Below are positions 12,641 through 27,400 of a DNA stretch of 64,000 bases, piece by piece; position 1 is the first letter of the stretch; each line of letters opens with the position of its first letter. The stretch comes from Eledone cirrhosa (taxonomy: Eukaryota). The stretch is taken from assembly GCA_964016885.1 (NCBI GenBank), contig OZ024740.1, forward strand, positions 431,210,001-431,274,000, in the 5' to 3' direction. The translations under genes were made by a program, and so were the position numbers. The notes beneath the pieces were generated by a model. The model was not told the origin of the DNA. It did not search any database and was given only the letters and a program-made list of their open reading frames with translations.

Positions 12641-15310
12641 TTACATGTCTCTCATTGTGAATCTTTAGAGAGGTTGTTATTCCCTTAACAGGAGTAAAGA
12701 GTCCTCTCTACCTTACATGTCTCCAATTGTCAATCTTTAGAGAGGTTGTTATTCCCTTAACAGGAGTAAAGAGTGCTCTCTACCTTACATGTCTCCAATT
12801 GTCAATCTTTAGAGAGGTTGTTATTCCCTTAACAGGAGTAAAGAGTCCTCTCTACTTTACACGTCTCCAATTGTCAATCTTTAGAGAGGTTGTTATTCAC
12901 TTAACATGAGTAAAGAGTCCTCTCTACCTTACATGTCTCCAATTGTCAATCTTTAGAGAGGTTGTTATTCCCTTAACAGGAGTAAAGAGTCCTCTCTACC
13001 TTACATGTCTCCAATTGTCAATCTTTAGAGAGGTTGTTATTCCCTTAACAGGAGTAAAGAGGCCTCTCTACCTTACATGTCTCCAATTGTCAATCTTTAG
13101 AGAGGTTGTTATTCCCTTAACAGGAGTAAAGAGTCCTCTCTACCTTACATGTCTCTCATTGTGAATCTTTAGAGAGGTTGTTATTCCCTTAACAGGAGTA
13201 AAGAGTCCTCTCTACCTTACATGTCTCCAATTGTCAATCTTTAGAGAGGTTGTTATTCCCTTAACAGGAGTAGAGTCCTCTCTACCTTACATGTCTCCAA
13301 TTGTCAATCTTTAGAGAGGTTGTTATTCCCTTAACAGGAGTAAAGAGTCCTCTCTACTTTACATGTCTCAAATTGTCAATCTTTAGAGAGGTTGTTATTC
13401 CCTTAACGGGAGTAAAGAGTCCTCTCTACCTTACATGTCTCCAATTGTCAATCTTTAGAGAGGTTGTTATTCCCTTAACAGGAGTAAAGAGTCCTCTCTA
13501 CTTTACATGTCTCAAATTGTCAATCTTTAGAGAGGTTGTTATTCCCTTAACGGGAGTAAAGAGTCCTCTCTACCTTACATGTCTCCAATTGTCAATCTTT
13601 AGAGAGGTTGTTATTCCCTTAACAGGAGTAAAGAGTCCTCTCTACCTTATGTCTCCAATTGTCAATCTTTAGAGAGGTTGTTATTCCCTTAACAGGAGTA
13701 AAGAGTGCTCTCTACCTTACATGTCTCCAATTGTCAATCTTTAGAGAGGTTGTTATTCCCTTAACAGGAGTAAAGAGTCCTCTCTACCTTACATGTCTCC
13801 TAATTGTCAATCTTTAGAGAGGTTGTTATTCCCTTAACAGGAGTAAAGAGTCCTCTCTACCTTACATGTCTCCAATTGTCAATCTTTAGAGAGGTTGTTA
13901 TTCCCTTAACAGGAGTAAAGAGTCCTCTCTACTTTACATGTCTCCAATTGTCAATCTTTAGAGAGGTTGTTATTCCCTTAACAGGAGTAAAGAGTCCTCT
14001 CTACCTTACATGTCTCCAATTGTCAATCTTTAGAGAGGTTGTTATTCCCTTAACAGGAGTAGAGTCCTCTCTACCTTACATGTCTCCAATTGTCAATCTT
14101 TAGAGAGGTTGTTATTCCCTTAACAGGAGTAAAGAGTCCTCTCTACTTTACATGTCTCAAATTGTCAATCTTTAGAGAGGTTGTTATTCCCTTAACGGGA
14201 GTAAAGAGTCCTCTCTACCTTACATGTCTCCAATTGTCAATCTTTAGAGAGGTTGTTATTCCCTTAACAGGAGTAAAGAGTCCTCTCTACTTTACATGTC
14301 TCAAATTGTCAATCTTTAGAGAGGTTGTTATTCCCTTAACGGGAGTAAAGAGTCCTCTCTACCTTACATGTCTCCAATTGTCAATCTTTAGAGAGGTTGT
14401 TATTCCCTTAACAGGAGTAAAGAGTCCTCTCTACCTTATGTCTCCAATTGTCAATCTTTAGAGAGGTTGTTATTCCCTTAACAGGAGTAAAGAGTGCTCT
14501 CTACCTTACATGTCTCCAATTGTCAATCTTTAGAGAGGTTGTTATTCCCTTAACAGGAGTAAAGAGTCCTCTCTACCTTACATGTCTCCTAATTGTCAAT
14601 CTTTAGAGAGGTTGTTATTCCCTTAACAGGAGTAAAGAGTCCTCTCTACCTTACATGTCTCCAATTGTCAATCTTTAGAGAGGTTGTTATTCCCTTAACA
14701 GGAGTAAAGAGTCCTCTCTACTTTACATGTCTCCAATTGTCAATCTTTAGAGAGGTTGTTATTCCCTTAACAGGAGTAAAGAGTCCTCTCTACCTTACAT
14801 GTCTCCAATTGTCAATATTTACAGAGAGGTTGTTATTCCCTTAACAGGAGTAAAGAGTGCTCTCTACCTTACATGTCTCCAATTGTCAATCTTTAGAGAG
14901 GTTGTTATTCCCTTAACAGGAGTAAAGAGTCCTCTCTACCTTACATGTCTCCTAATTGTCAATCTTTAGAGAGGTTGTTATTCCCTTAACAGGAGTAAAG
15001 AGTCCTCTCTACCTTACATGTCTCCAATTGTCAATCTTTAGAGAGGTTATTATTCCCTTAACAGGAGTAAAGAGTCCTCTCTACCTTACATGTCTCCAAT
15101 TGTCAATCTTTAGAGAGGTTGTTATTCCCTTAACAGGAGTAAAGAGTCCTCTCTACTTTACATGTCTCCAATTGTCAATCTTTAGAGAGGTTGTTATTCT
15201 CTTAACGGGAGTAAAGAGTCCTCTCTACCTTACATGTCTCCAATTGTCAATCTTTAGAGAGGTTGTTATTCCCTTAACAGGAGTAAAGAGTCCTCTCTAC
15301 CTTACATGTC
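9990..15310. repeat. Tandem duplication of a 2661-bp (37-monomer) block
   Basis: Offsets 10066/12727, 10640/13301, 11932/14593 and 12295/14956 equal 2661. There is a private SNV at 15049 (GGTTATTATT). Confidence 0.9.
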
Positions 15311-15659
15311 TCCAATTGTCAATCTTTAGAGGGGTTGTTATTCCCTTAACAGGAGTAAAGAGTGCTCTCTACCTTACATGTCTCCAATTGTCAATCTTTA
15401 GAGAGGTTGTTATTCCCTTAACAGGAGTAAAGAGTCCTCTCTACCTTACATGTCTCCAATTGTCAATCTTTAGAGAGGTTGTTATTCCCTTAACAGGATT
15501 AAAGAGTGCTCTCTACCTTACATGTCTCCAATTGTCAATCTTTAGAGAGGTTGTTATTCCCTTAACAGGAGTAAAGAGTCCTCTCTACCTTACATATCTC
15601 CAATTGTCAATCTTTAGAGAGGTTGTTATTCCATTAACAGGAGTAAAGAGTCCTCTCTA

Positions 15660-18420
15660 CCTTACATGTCTCCAATTGTCAATCTTTACAGAGATGTTGT
15701 TATTCCCTTAACAGGAGTAAAGAGTCCACTCTACTTTACATGTCTCCAATTGTCAATCTTTAGAGAAGTTGTTATTCCCTTAACAGGAGTAAAGAGTCCT
15801 CTCTACCTTACATGTCTCCAATTGTCAATCTTTACAGAGAGGTTGTTATTCCCTTAACAGGAGTAAAGAGTCCTCTCTACCTTACATGTCTCCAATTGTC
15901 AATCTTTAGAGAGGTTGTTATTCCCTTAACAGGAGTAAAGAGTCCTCTCTACCTTACATGTCTCCAATTGTCAATCTTTAGAGAGGTTGTTATTCCCTTA
16001 ACAGGAGTAAAGAGTCCTCTCTACCTTACATGTCTCCAATTGTCAATCTTTAGAGAGGTTGTTATTCCCTTAACAGGAGTAAAGAGTCCTCTCTACTTTA
16101 CATGTCTCCAATTGTCAATCTTTAGAGAGGTTGTTATTCCCTTAACAGGAGTAGAGAGTCCTCTCTACCTTACATGTCTCCAATTGTCAATCTTTACAGA
16201 GAGGTTGTTATTCCCTTAACAGGAGTAAAGAGTCCTCTCTACTTTACACGTCTCCAATTGTCAATCTTTAGAGAGGTTGTTATTCCCTAAACAGGAGTAG
16301 AGTCCTCTCTACCTTACATGTCTCCAATTGTCAATCTTTAGAGAGGTTGTTATTCCCTTAACAGGAGTAAAGAGGCCTCTCTACCTTACATGTCTCCAAT
16401 TGTCAATCTTTAGAGAGGTTGTTATTCCCTTAACAGAAGTAAAGAGTCCTCTCTACCTTACATGTCTCCAATTGTCAATCTTTAGAGAGGTTGTTATTCC
16501 CTTAACAGGAGTAAAGAGTCCTCTCTACTTTACATGTCTCCAATTGTCAATCTTTAGAGAGGTTGTTATTCCCTTAACAGGAGTAGAGAGTCCTCTCTAC
16601 CTTACATGTCTCCAATTGTCAATATTTACAGAGAGGTTGTTATTCCCTTAACAGGTGTAAAGAGTCCTCTCTACTTTACATGTCTCCAATTGTCAATCTT
16701 TAGAGAGGTTGTTATTCCCTTAACAGGAGTAAAGAGTCCTCTCTACCTTACATGTCTCTCATTGTGAATCTTTAGAGAGGTTGTTATTCCCTTAACAGGA
16801 GTAAAGAGTCCTCTCTACCTTACATGTCTCCAATTGTCAATCTTTAGAGAGGTTGTTATTCTCTTAACGGGAGTAAAGAGTCCTCTCTACCTTACATGTC
16901 TCCAATTGTCAATCTTTAGAGAGGTTGTTATTCCCTTAACAGGAGTAAAGAGTCCTCTCTACCTTACATGTCTCCAATTGTCAATCTTTAGAGGGGTTGT
17001 TATTCCCTTAACAGGAGTAAAGAGTGCTCTCTACCTTACATGTCTCCAATTGTCAATCTTTAGAGAGGTTGTTATTCCCTTAACAGGAGTAAAGAGTCCT
17101 CTCTACCTTACATGTCTCCAATTGTCAATCTTTAGAGAGGTTGTTATTCCCTTAACAGGAGTAAAGAGTCCTCTCTACCTTACATATCTCCAATTGTCAA
17201 TCTTTAGAGAGGTTGTTATTCCCTTAACAGGAGTAAAGAGTCCTCTATACCTTACATGTCTCCAATTGTCAATCTTTACAGAGATGTTGTTATTCCCTTA
17301 ACAGGAGTAAAGAGTCCACTCTACTTTACATGTCTCCAATTGTCAATCTTTAGAGAAGTTGTTATTCCCTTAACAGGAGTAAAGAGTCCTCTCTACCTTA
17401 CATGTCTCCAATTGTCAATCTTTACAGAGAGGTTGTTATTCCCTTAACAGGAGTAAAGAGTCCTCTCTACCTTACATGTCTCCAATTGTCAATCTTTAGA
17501 GAGGTTGTTATTCCCTTAACAGGAGTAAAGAGTCCTCTCTACTTTACATGTCTCCAATTGTCAATCTTTAGAGAGGTTGTTATTCCCTTAACAGGAGTAA
17601 AGAGTCCTCTCTACCTTACATGTCTCCAATTGTCAATCTTTAGAGAGGTTGTTATTCCCTTAACAGGAGTAAAGAGTCCTCTCTACTTTACATGTCTCCA
17701 ATTGTCAATCTTTAGAGAGGTTGTTATTCCCTTAACAGGAGTAGAGAGTCCTCTCTACCTTACATGTCTCCAATTGTCAATCTTTACAGAGAGGTTGTTA
17801 TTCCCTTAACAGGAGTAAAGAGTCCTCTCTACTTTACACGTCTCCAATTGTCAATCTTTAGAGAGGTTGTTATTCCCTAAACAGGAGTAGAGTCCTCTCT
17901 ACCTTACATGTCTCCAATTGTCAATCTTTAGAGAGGTTGTTATTCCCTTAACAGGAGTAAAGAGGCCTCTCTACCTTACATGTCTCCAATTGTCAATCTT
18001 TAGAGAGGTTGTTATTCCCTTAACAGAAGTAAAGAGTCCTCTCTACCTTACATGTCTCCAATTGTCAATCTTTAGAGAGGTTGTTATTCCCTTAACAGGA
18101 GTAAAGAGTCCTCTCTACTTTACATGTCTCCAATTGTCAATCTTTAGAGAGGTTGTTATTCCCTTAACAGGAGTAGAGAGTCCTCTCTACCTTACATGTC
18201 TCCAATTGTCAATATTTACAGAGAGGTTGTTATTCCCTTAACAGGCGTAAAGAGTCCTCTCTACTTTACATGTCTCCAATTGTCAATCTTTAGAGAGGTT
18301 GTTATTCCCTTAACAGGAGTAAAGAGTCCTCTCTACCTTACATGTCTCTCATTGTGAATCTTTAGAGAGGTTGTTATTCCCTTAACAGGAGTAAAGAGTC
18401 CTCTCTACCTTACATGTCTC
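15660..18420. repeat. Duplication with 1590-bp (22-monomer) offset
   Basis: Offsets 15666/17256, 15812/17402 and 16328/17918 equal 1590. The ACAGAAGT and GTAGAGAG variants occur in the same order in both copies. Confidence 0.85.
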
Positions 18421-21400
18421 CAATTGTCAATCTTTAGAGAGGTTGTTATTCCCTTAACAGGAGTAAAGAGTCCTCTCTACCTTACATGTCTCCTAATTGT
18501 CAATCTTTAGAGAGGTTGTTATTCCCTTAACAGGAGTAAAGAGTCCTCTCTACCTTACATGTCTCCAATTGTCAATCTTTAGAGAGGTTGTTATTCCCTT
18601 AACAGGAGTAAAGAGTCCTCTCTACCTTACATGTCTCCAATTGTCAATCTTTAGAGAGGTTGTTATTCCCTTAACAGGAGTAAAGAGTCCTCTCTACTTT
18701 ACATGTCTCCAATTGTCAATCTTTAGAGAGGTTGTTATTCTCTTAACGGGAGTAAAGAGTCCTCTCTACCTTACATGTCTCCAATTGTCAATCTTTAGAG
18801 AGGTTGTTATTCCCTTAACAGGAGTAAAGAGTCCTCTCTACCTTACATGTCTCCAATTGTCAATCTTTAGAGGGGTTGTTATTCCCTTAACAGGAGTAAA
18901 GAGTGCTCTCTACCTTACATGTCTCCAATTGTCAATCTTTAGAGAGGTTGTTATTCCCTTAACAGGAGTAAAGAGTCCTCTCTACCTTACATGTCTCCAA
19001 TTGTCAATCTTTAGAGAGGTTGTTATTCTCTTAACAGGATTAAAGAGTGCTCTCTACCTTACATGTCTCCAATTGTCAATCTTTAGAGAGGTTGTTATTC
19101 CCTTAACAGGAGTAAAGAGTCCTCTCTACCTTACATATCTCCAATTGTCAATCTTTAGAGAGGTTGTTATTCCCTTAACAGGAGTAAAGAGTCCTCTCTA
19201 CCTTACATGTCTCCAATTGTCAATCTTTACAGAGATGTTGTTATTCCCTTAACAGGAGTAAAGAGTCCACTCTACTTTACATGTCTCCAATTGTCAATCT
19301 TTAGAGAAGTTGTTATTCCCTTAACAGGAGTAAAGAGTCCTCTCTACCTTACATGTCTCCAATTGTCAATCTTTACAGAGAGGTTGTTATTCCCTTAACA
19401 GGAGTAAAGAGTCCTCTCTACCTTACATGTCTCCAATTGTCAATCTTTAGAGAGGTTGTTATTCCCTTAACAGGAGTAAAGAGTCCTCTCTACCTTACAT
19501 GTCTCCAATTGTCAATCTTTAGAGAGGTTGTTATTCCCTTAACAGGAGTAGAGAGTCCTCTCTACCTTACATGTCTCCAATTGTCAATCTTTACAGAGAG
19601 GTTGTTATTCCCTTAACAGGAGTAAAGAGTCCTCTCTACTTTACACGTCTCCAATTGTCAATCTTTAGAGAGGTTGTTATTCCCTAAACAGGAGTAGAGT
19701 CCTCTCTACCTTACATGTCTCCAATTGTCAATCTTTAGAGAGGTTGTTATTCCCTTAACAGGAGTAAAGAGGCCTCTCTACCTTACATGTCTCCAATTGT
19801 CAATCTTTAGAGAGGTTGTTATTCCGTTAACAGGAGTAAAGAGTCCTCTCTACCTTACATGTCTCTCATTGTGAATCTTTAGAGAGGTTGTTATTCCCTT
19901 AACGGGAGTAAAGAGTCCTCTCTACCTTACATGTCTCCAATTGTCAATCTTTAGAGAGGTTGTTATTCCCTTAACAGGAGTAAAGAGTGCTCTCTACCTT
20001 ACATGTCTCCAATTGTCAATCTTTAGAGAGGTTGTTATTCCCTTAACAGGAGTAGAGTCCTCTCTACCTTACATGTCTCCAATTGTCAATCTTTAGAGAG
20101 GTTGTTATTCACTTAACATGAGTAAAGAGTCCTCTCTACCTTACATGTCTCCAATTGTCAATCTTTAGAGAGGTTGTTATTCCCTTAACAGGAGTAAAGA
20201 GTCCTCTCTACCTTACATGTCTCCAATTGTCAATCTTTAGAGAGGTTGTTATTCCCTTAACAGGAGTAAAGAGTCCTCTCTACTTTACATGTCTCAAATT
20301 GTCAATCTTTAGAGAGGTTATTCCCTTAACGGGAGTACAGAGTCCTCTCTACCTTACATGTCTCCAATTGTCAATCTTTAGAGAGGTTGTTATTCCCTTA
20401 ACAGGAGTAAAGAGTGCTCTCTACCTTACATGTCTCCAATTGTCAATCTTTAGAGAGGTTGTTATTCCCTTAACAGGAGTAAAGAGTCCTCTCTACCTTA
20501 CATGTCTCCTAATTGTCAATCTTCAGAGAGGTTGTTATTCCCTTAACAGGAGTAAAGAGTCCTCTCTACCTTACATGTCTCCAATTGTCAATCTTTAAAG
20601 AGGTTGTTATTCCCTTAACAGGAGTAAAGAGTCCTCTCTACTTTACATGTCTCCAATTGTCAATCTTTAGAGAGGTTGTTATTCCCTTAACAGGAGTAAA
20701 GAGTCCTCTCTACCTTACATGTCTCCAATTGTCAATATTTACAGAGAGGTTGTTATTCCCTTAACAGGAGTAAAGAGTCCTCTCTACTTTACATGTCTCC
20801 AATTGTCAATCTTTAGAGAGGTTGTTATTCCCTTAACAGGAGTAGAGAGTCCTCTCTACCTTACATGTCTCCAATTGTCAATATTTACAGAGAGGTTGTT
20901 ATTCCCTTAACAGGCGTAAAGAGTCCTCTCTACTTTACATGTCTCCAATTGTCAATCTTTAGAGAGGTTGTTATTCCCTTAACAGGAGTAAAGAGTCCTC
21001 TCTACCTTACATGTCTCTCATTGTGAATCTTTAGAGAGGTTGTTATTCCCTTAACAGGAGTAAAGAGTCCTCTCTACCTTACATGTCTCCAATTGTCAAT
21101 CTTTAGAGAGGTTGTTATTCTCTTAACGGGAGTAAAGAGTCCTCTCTACCTTACATGTCTCCAATTGTCAATCTTTAGAGAGGTTGTTATTCCCTTAACA
21201 GGAGTAAAGAGTCCTCTCTACCTTACATGTCTCCAATTGTCAATCTTTAGAGGGGTTGTTATTCCCTTAACAGGAGTAAAGAGTGCTCTCTACCTTACAT
21301 GTCTCCAATTGTCAATCTTTAGAGAGGTTGTTATTCCCTTAACAGGAGTAAAGAGTCCTCTCTACCTTACATGTCTCCAATTGTCAATCTTTAGAGAGGT

Positions 21401-24400
21401 TGTTATTCCCTTAACAGGATTAAAGAGTGCTCTCTACCTTACATGTCTCCAATTGTCAATCTTTAGAGAGGTTGTTATTCCCTTAACAGGAGTAAAGAGT
21501 CCTCTCTACCTTACATATCTCCAATTGTCAATCTTTAGAGAGGTTGTTATTCCCTTAACAGGAGTAAAGAGTCCTCTATACCTTACATGTCTCCAATTGT
21601 CAATCTTTACAGAGATGTTGTTATTCCCTTAACAGGAGTAAAGAGTCCACTCTACTTTACATGTCTCCAATTGTCAATCTTTAGAGAAGTTGTTATTCCC
21701 TTAACAGGAGTAAAGAGTCCTCTCTACCTTACATGTCTCCAATTGTCAATCTTTACAGAGAGGTTGTTATTCCCTTAACAGGAGTAAAGAGTCCTCTCTA
21801 CCTTACATGTCTCCAATTGTCAATCTTTAGAGAGGTTGTTATTCCCTTAACAGGAGTAAAGAGTCCTCTCTACCTTACATGTCTCCAATTGTCAATCTTT
21901 AGAGAGGTTGTTATTCCCTTAACAGGAGTAAAGAGTCCTCTCTACCTTACATGTCTCCAATTGTCAATCTTTAGAGAGGTTGTTATTCCCTTAACAGGAG
22001 TAAAGAGTCCTCTCTACTTTACATGTCTCCAATTGTCAATCTTTAGAGAGGTTGTTATTCCCTTAACAGGAGTAGAGAGTCCTCTCTACCTTACATGTCT
22101 CCAATTGTCAATCTTTACAGAGAGGTTGTTATTCCCTTAACAGGAGTAAAGAGTCCTCTCTACTTTACACGTCTCCAATTGTCAATCTTTAGAGAGGTTG
22201 TTATTCCCTAAACAGGAGTAGAGTCCTCTCTACCTTACATGTCTCCAATTGTCAATCTTTAGAGAGGTTGTTATTCCCTTAACAGGAGTAAAGAGGCCTC
22301 TCTACCTTACATGTCTCCAATTGTCAATCTTTAGAGAGGTTGTTATTCCGTTAACAGGAGTAAAGAGTCCTCTCTACCTTACATGTCTCTCATTGTGAAT
22401 CTTTAGAGAGGTTGTTATTCCCTTAACGGGAGTAAAGAGTCCTCTCTACCTTACATGTCTCCAATTGTCAATCTTTAGAGAGGTTGTTATTCCCTTAACA
22501 GGAGTAAAGAGTGCTCTCTACCTTACATGTCTCCAATTGTCAATCTTTAGAGAGGTTGTTATTCCCTTAACAAGAGTAGAGTCCTCTCTACGTTACATGT
22601 CTCCAATTGTCAATCTTTAGAGAGGTTGTTATTCACTTAACATGAGTAAAGAGTCCTCTCTACCTTACATGTCTCCAATTGTCAATCTTTAGAGAGGTTG
22701 TTATTCCCTTAACAGGAGTAAAGAGTCCTCTCTACCTTACATGTCTCCAATTGTCAATCTTTAGAGAGGTTGTTATTCCCTTAACAGGAGTAAAGAGTCC
22801 TCTCTACTTTACATGTCTCAAATTGTCAATCTTTAGAGAGGTTGTTATTCCCTTAACGGGAGTACAGAGTCCTCTCTACCTTACATATCTCCAATTGTCA
22901 ATCTTTAGAGAGGTTGTTATTCCCTTAACAGGAGTAAAGAGTGCTCTCTACCTTACATGTCTCCAATTGTCAATCTTTAGAGAGGTTGTTATTCCCTTAA
23001 CAGGAGTAAAGAGTCCTCTCTACCTTACATGTCTCCAATTGTCAATCTTTAGAGAGGTTGTTATTCCCTTAACAGGAGTAAAGAGTCCTCTCTACCTTAC
23101 ATGTCTCCAATTGTCAATATTTACAGAGAGGTTGTTATTCCCTTAACAGGAGTAAAGAGTCCTCTCTACTTTACATGTCTCCAATTGTCAATCTTTAGAG
23201 AGGTTGTTATTCCCTTAACAGGAGTAGAGAGTCCTCTCTACCTTACATGTCTCCAATTGTCAATATTTACAGAGAGGTTGTTATTCCCTTAACAGGCGTA
23301 AAGAGTCCTCTCTACTTTACATGTCTCCAATTGTCAATCTTTAGAGAGGTTGTTATTCCCTTAACAGGAGTAAAGAGTCCTCTCTACCTTACATGTCTCT
23401 CATTGTGAATCTTTAGAGAGGTTGTTATTCCCTTAACAGGAGTAAAGAGTCCTCTCTACCTTACATGTCTCCAATTGTCAATCTTTAGAGAGGTTGTTTT
23501 TCTCTTAACGGGAGTAAAGAGTCCTCTCTACCTTACATGTCTCCAATTGTCAATCTTTAGAGAGGTTGTTATTCCCTTAACAGGAGTAAAGAATCCTCTC
23601 TACCTTACATGTCTCCAATTGTCAATCTTTAGAGGGGTTGTTATTCCCTTAACAGGAGTAAAGAGTGCTCTCTACCTTACATGTCTCCAATTGTCAATCT
23701 TTAGAGAGGTTGTTATTCCCTTAACAGGAGTAAAGAGTCCTCTCTACCTTACATGTCTCCAATTGTCAATCTTTAGAGAGGTTGTTATTCCCTTAACAGG
23801 ATTAAAGAGTGCTCTCTACCTTACATGTCTCCAATTGTCAATCTTTAGAGAGGTTGTTATTCCCTTAACAGGAGTAAAGAGTCCTCTCTACCTTACATAT
23901 CTCCAATTGTCAATCTTTAGAGAGGTTGTTATTCCCTTAACAGGAGTAAAGAGTCCTCTATACCTTACATGTCTCCAATTGTCAATCTTTACAGAGATGT
24001 TGTTATTCCCTTAACAGGAGTAAAGAGTCCACTCTACTTTACATGTCTCCAATTGTCAATCTTTAGAGAAGTTGTTATTCCCTTAACAGGAGTAAAGAGT
24101 CCTCTCTACCTTACATGTCTCCAATTGTCAATCTTTACAGAGAGGTTGTTATTCCCTTAACAGGAGTAAAGAGTCCTCTCTACCTTACATGTCTCCAATT
24201 GTCAATCTTTAGAGAGGTTGTTATTCCCTTAACAGGAGTAAAGAGTCCTCTCTACCTTACATGTCTCCAATTGTCAATCTTTAGAGAGGTTGTTATTCCC
24301 TTAACAGGAGTAAAGAGTCCTCTCTACCTTACATGTCTCCAATTGTCAATCTTTAGAGAGGTTGTTATTCCCTTAACAGGAGTAAAGAGTCCTCTCTACT

Positions 24401-27400
24401 TTACATGTCTCCAATTGTCAATCTTTAGAGAGGTTGTTATTCCCTTAACAGGAGTAGAGACTCCACTCTACTTTACATGTCTCCAATTGTCAATCTTTAC
24501 AGAGAGGTTGTTATTCCCTTAACAGGAGTAAAGAGTCCTCTCTACTTTACACGTCTCCAATTGTCAATCTTTAGAGAGGTTGTTATTCCCTAAACAGGAG
24601 TAGAGTCCTCTCTACCTTACATGTCTCCAATTGTCAATCTTTAGAGAGGTTGTTATTCCCTTAACAGGAGTAAAGAGGCCTCTCTACCTTACATGTCTCC
24701 AATTGTCAATCTTTAGAGAGGTTGTTATTCCCTTAAAAGAAGTAAAGAGTCCTCTCTACCTTACATGTCTCCAATTGTCAATCTTTAGAGAGGTTGTTAT
24801 TCCCTTAACAGGAGTAAAGAGTCCTCTCTACTTTACATGTCTCCAATTGTCAATCTTTAGAGAGGTTGTTATTCCCTTAACAGGAGTAGAGAGTCCTCTC
24901 TACCTTACATGTCTCCAATTGTCAATATTTACAGAGAGGTTGTTATTCCCTTAACAGGCGTAAAGAGTCCTCTCTACTTTACATGTCTCCAATTGTCAAT
25001 CTTTAGAGAGGTTGTTATTCCCTTAACAGGAGTAAAGAGTCCTCTCTACCTTACATGTCTCTCATTGTGAATCTTTAGAGAGGTTGTTATTCCCTTAACA
25101 GGAGTAAAGAGTCCTCTCTACCTTACATGTCTCCAATTGTCAATCTTTAGAGAGGTTGTTATTCCCTTAACAGGAGTAAAGAGTCCTCTCTACCTTACAT
25201 GTCTCCTAATTGTCAATCTTTAGAGAGGTTGTTATTCCCTTAACAGGAGTAAAGAGTCCTCTCTACCTTACATGTCTCCAATTGTCAATCTTTAGAGAGG
25301 TTGTTATTCCCTTAACAGGAGTAAAGAGTCCTCTCTACCTTACATGTCTCCAATTGTCAATCTTTAGAGAGGTTGTTATTCCCTTAACAGGAGTAAAGAG
25401 TCCTCTCTACTTTACATGTCTCCAATTGTCAATCTTTAGAGAGGTTGTTATTCTCTTAACGGGAGTAAAGAGTCCTCTCTACCTTACATGTCTCCAATTG
25501 TCAATCTTTAGAGAGGTTGTTATTCCCTTAACAGGAGTAAAGAGTCCTCTCTACCTTACATGTCTCCAATTGTCAATCTTTAGAGGGGTTGTTATTCCCT
25601 TAACAGGAGTAAAGAGTGCTCTCTACCTTACATGTCTCCAATTGTCAATCTTTAGAGAGGTTGTTATTCCCTTAACAGGAGTAAAGAGTCCTCTCTACCT
25701 TACATGTCTCCAATTGTCAATCTTTAGAGAGGTTGTTATTCTCTTAACAGGATTAAAGAGTGCTCTCTACCTTACATGTCTCCAATTGTCAATCTTTAGA
25801 GAGGTTGTTATTCCCTTAACAGGAGTAAAGAGTCCTCTCTACCTTACATATCTCCAATTGTCAATCTTTAGAGAGGTTGTTATTCCCTTAACAGGAGTAA
25901 AGAGTCCTCTCTACCTTACATGTCTCCAATTGTCAATCTTTACAGAGATGTTGTTATTCCCTTAACAGGAGTAAAGAGTCCACTCTACTTTACATGTCTC
26001 CAATTGTCAATCTTTAGAGAAGTTGTTATTCCCTTAACAGGAGTAAAGAGTCCTCTCTACCTTACATGTCTCCAATTGTCAATCTTTACAGAGAGGTTGT
26101 TATTCCCTTAACAGGAGTAAAGAGTCCTCTCTACCTTACATGTCTCCAATTGTCAATCTTTAGAGAGGTTGTTATTCCCTTAACAGGAGTAAAGAGTCCT
26201 CTCTACCTTACATGTCTCCAATTGTCAATCTTTAGAGAGGTTGTTATTCCCTTAACAGGAGTAGAGAGTCCTCTCTACCTTACATGTCTCCAATTGTCAA
26301 TCTTTACAGAGAGGTTGTTATTCCCTTAACAGGAGTAAAGAGTCCTCTCTACTTTACACGTCTCCAATTGTCAATCTTTAGAGAGGTTGTTATTCCCTAA
26401 ACAGGAGTAGAGTCCTCTCTACCTTACATGTCTCCAATTGTCAATCTTTAGAGAGGTTGTTATTCCCTTAACAGGAGTAAAGAGGCCTCTCTACCTTACA
26501 TGTCTCCAATTGTCAATCTTTAGAGAGGTTGTTATTCCGTTAACAGGAGTAAAGAGTCCTCTCTACCTTACATGTCTCTCATTGTGAATCTTTAGAGAGG
26601 TTGTTATTCCCTTAACGGGAGTAAAGAGTCCTCTCTACCTTACATGTCTCCAATTGTCAATCTTTAGAGAGGTTGTTATTCCCTTAACAGGAGTAAAGAG
26701 TGCTCTCTACCTTACATGTCTCCAATTGTCAATCTTTAGAGAGGTTGTTATTCCCTTAACAGGAGTAGAGTCCTCTCTACCTTACATGTCTCCAATTGTC
26801 AATCTTTAGAGAGGTTGTTATTCACTTAACATGAGTAAAGAGTCCTCTCTACCTTACATGTCTCCAATTGTCAATCTTTAGAGAGGTTGTTATTCCCTTA
26901 ACAGGAGTAAAGAGTCCTCTCTACCTTACATGTCTCCAATTGTCAATCTTTAGAGAGGTTGTTATTCCCTTAACAGGAGTAAAGAGTCCTCTCTACTTTA
27001 CATGTCTCAAATTGTCAATCTTTAGAGAGGTTATTCCCTTAACGGGAGTACAGAGTCCTCTCTACCTTACATGTCTCCAATTGTCAATCTTTAGAGAGGT
27101 TGTTATTCCCTTAACAGGAGTAAAGAGTGCTCTCTACCTTACATGTCTCCAATTGTCAATCTTTAGAGAGGTTGTTATTCCCTTAACAGGAGTAAAGAGT
27201 CCTCTCTACCTTACATGTCTCCTAATTGTCAATCTTCAGAGAGGTTGTTATTCCCTTAACAGGAGTAAAGAGTCCTCTCTACCTTACATGTCTCCAATTG
27301 TCAATCTTTAAAGAGGTTGTTATTCCCTTAACAGGAGTAAAGAGTCCTCTCTACTTTACATGTCTCCAATTGTCAATCTTTAGAGAGGTTGTTATTCCCT

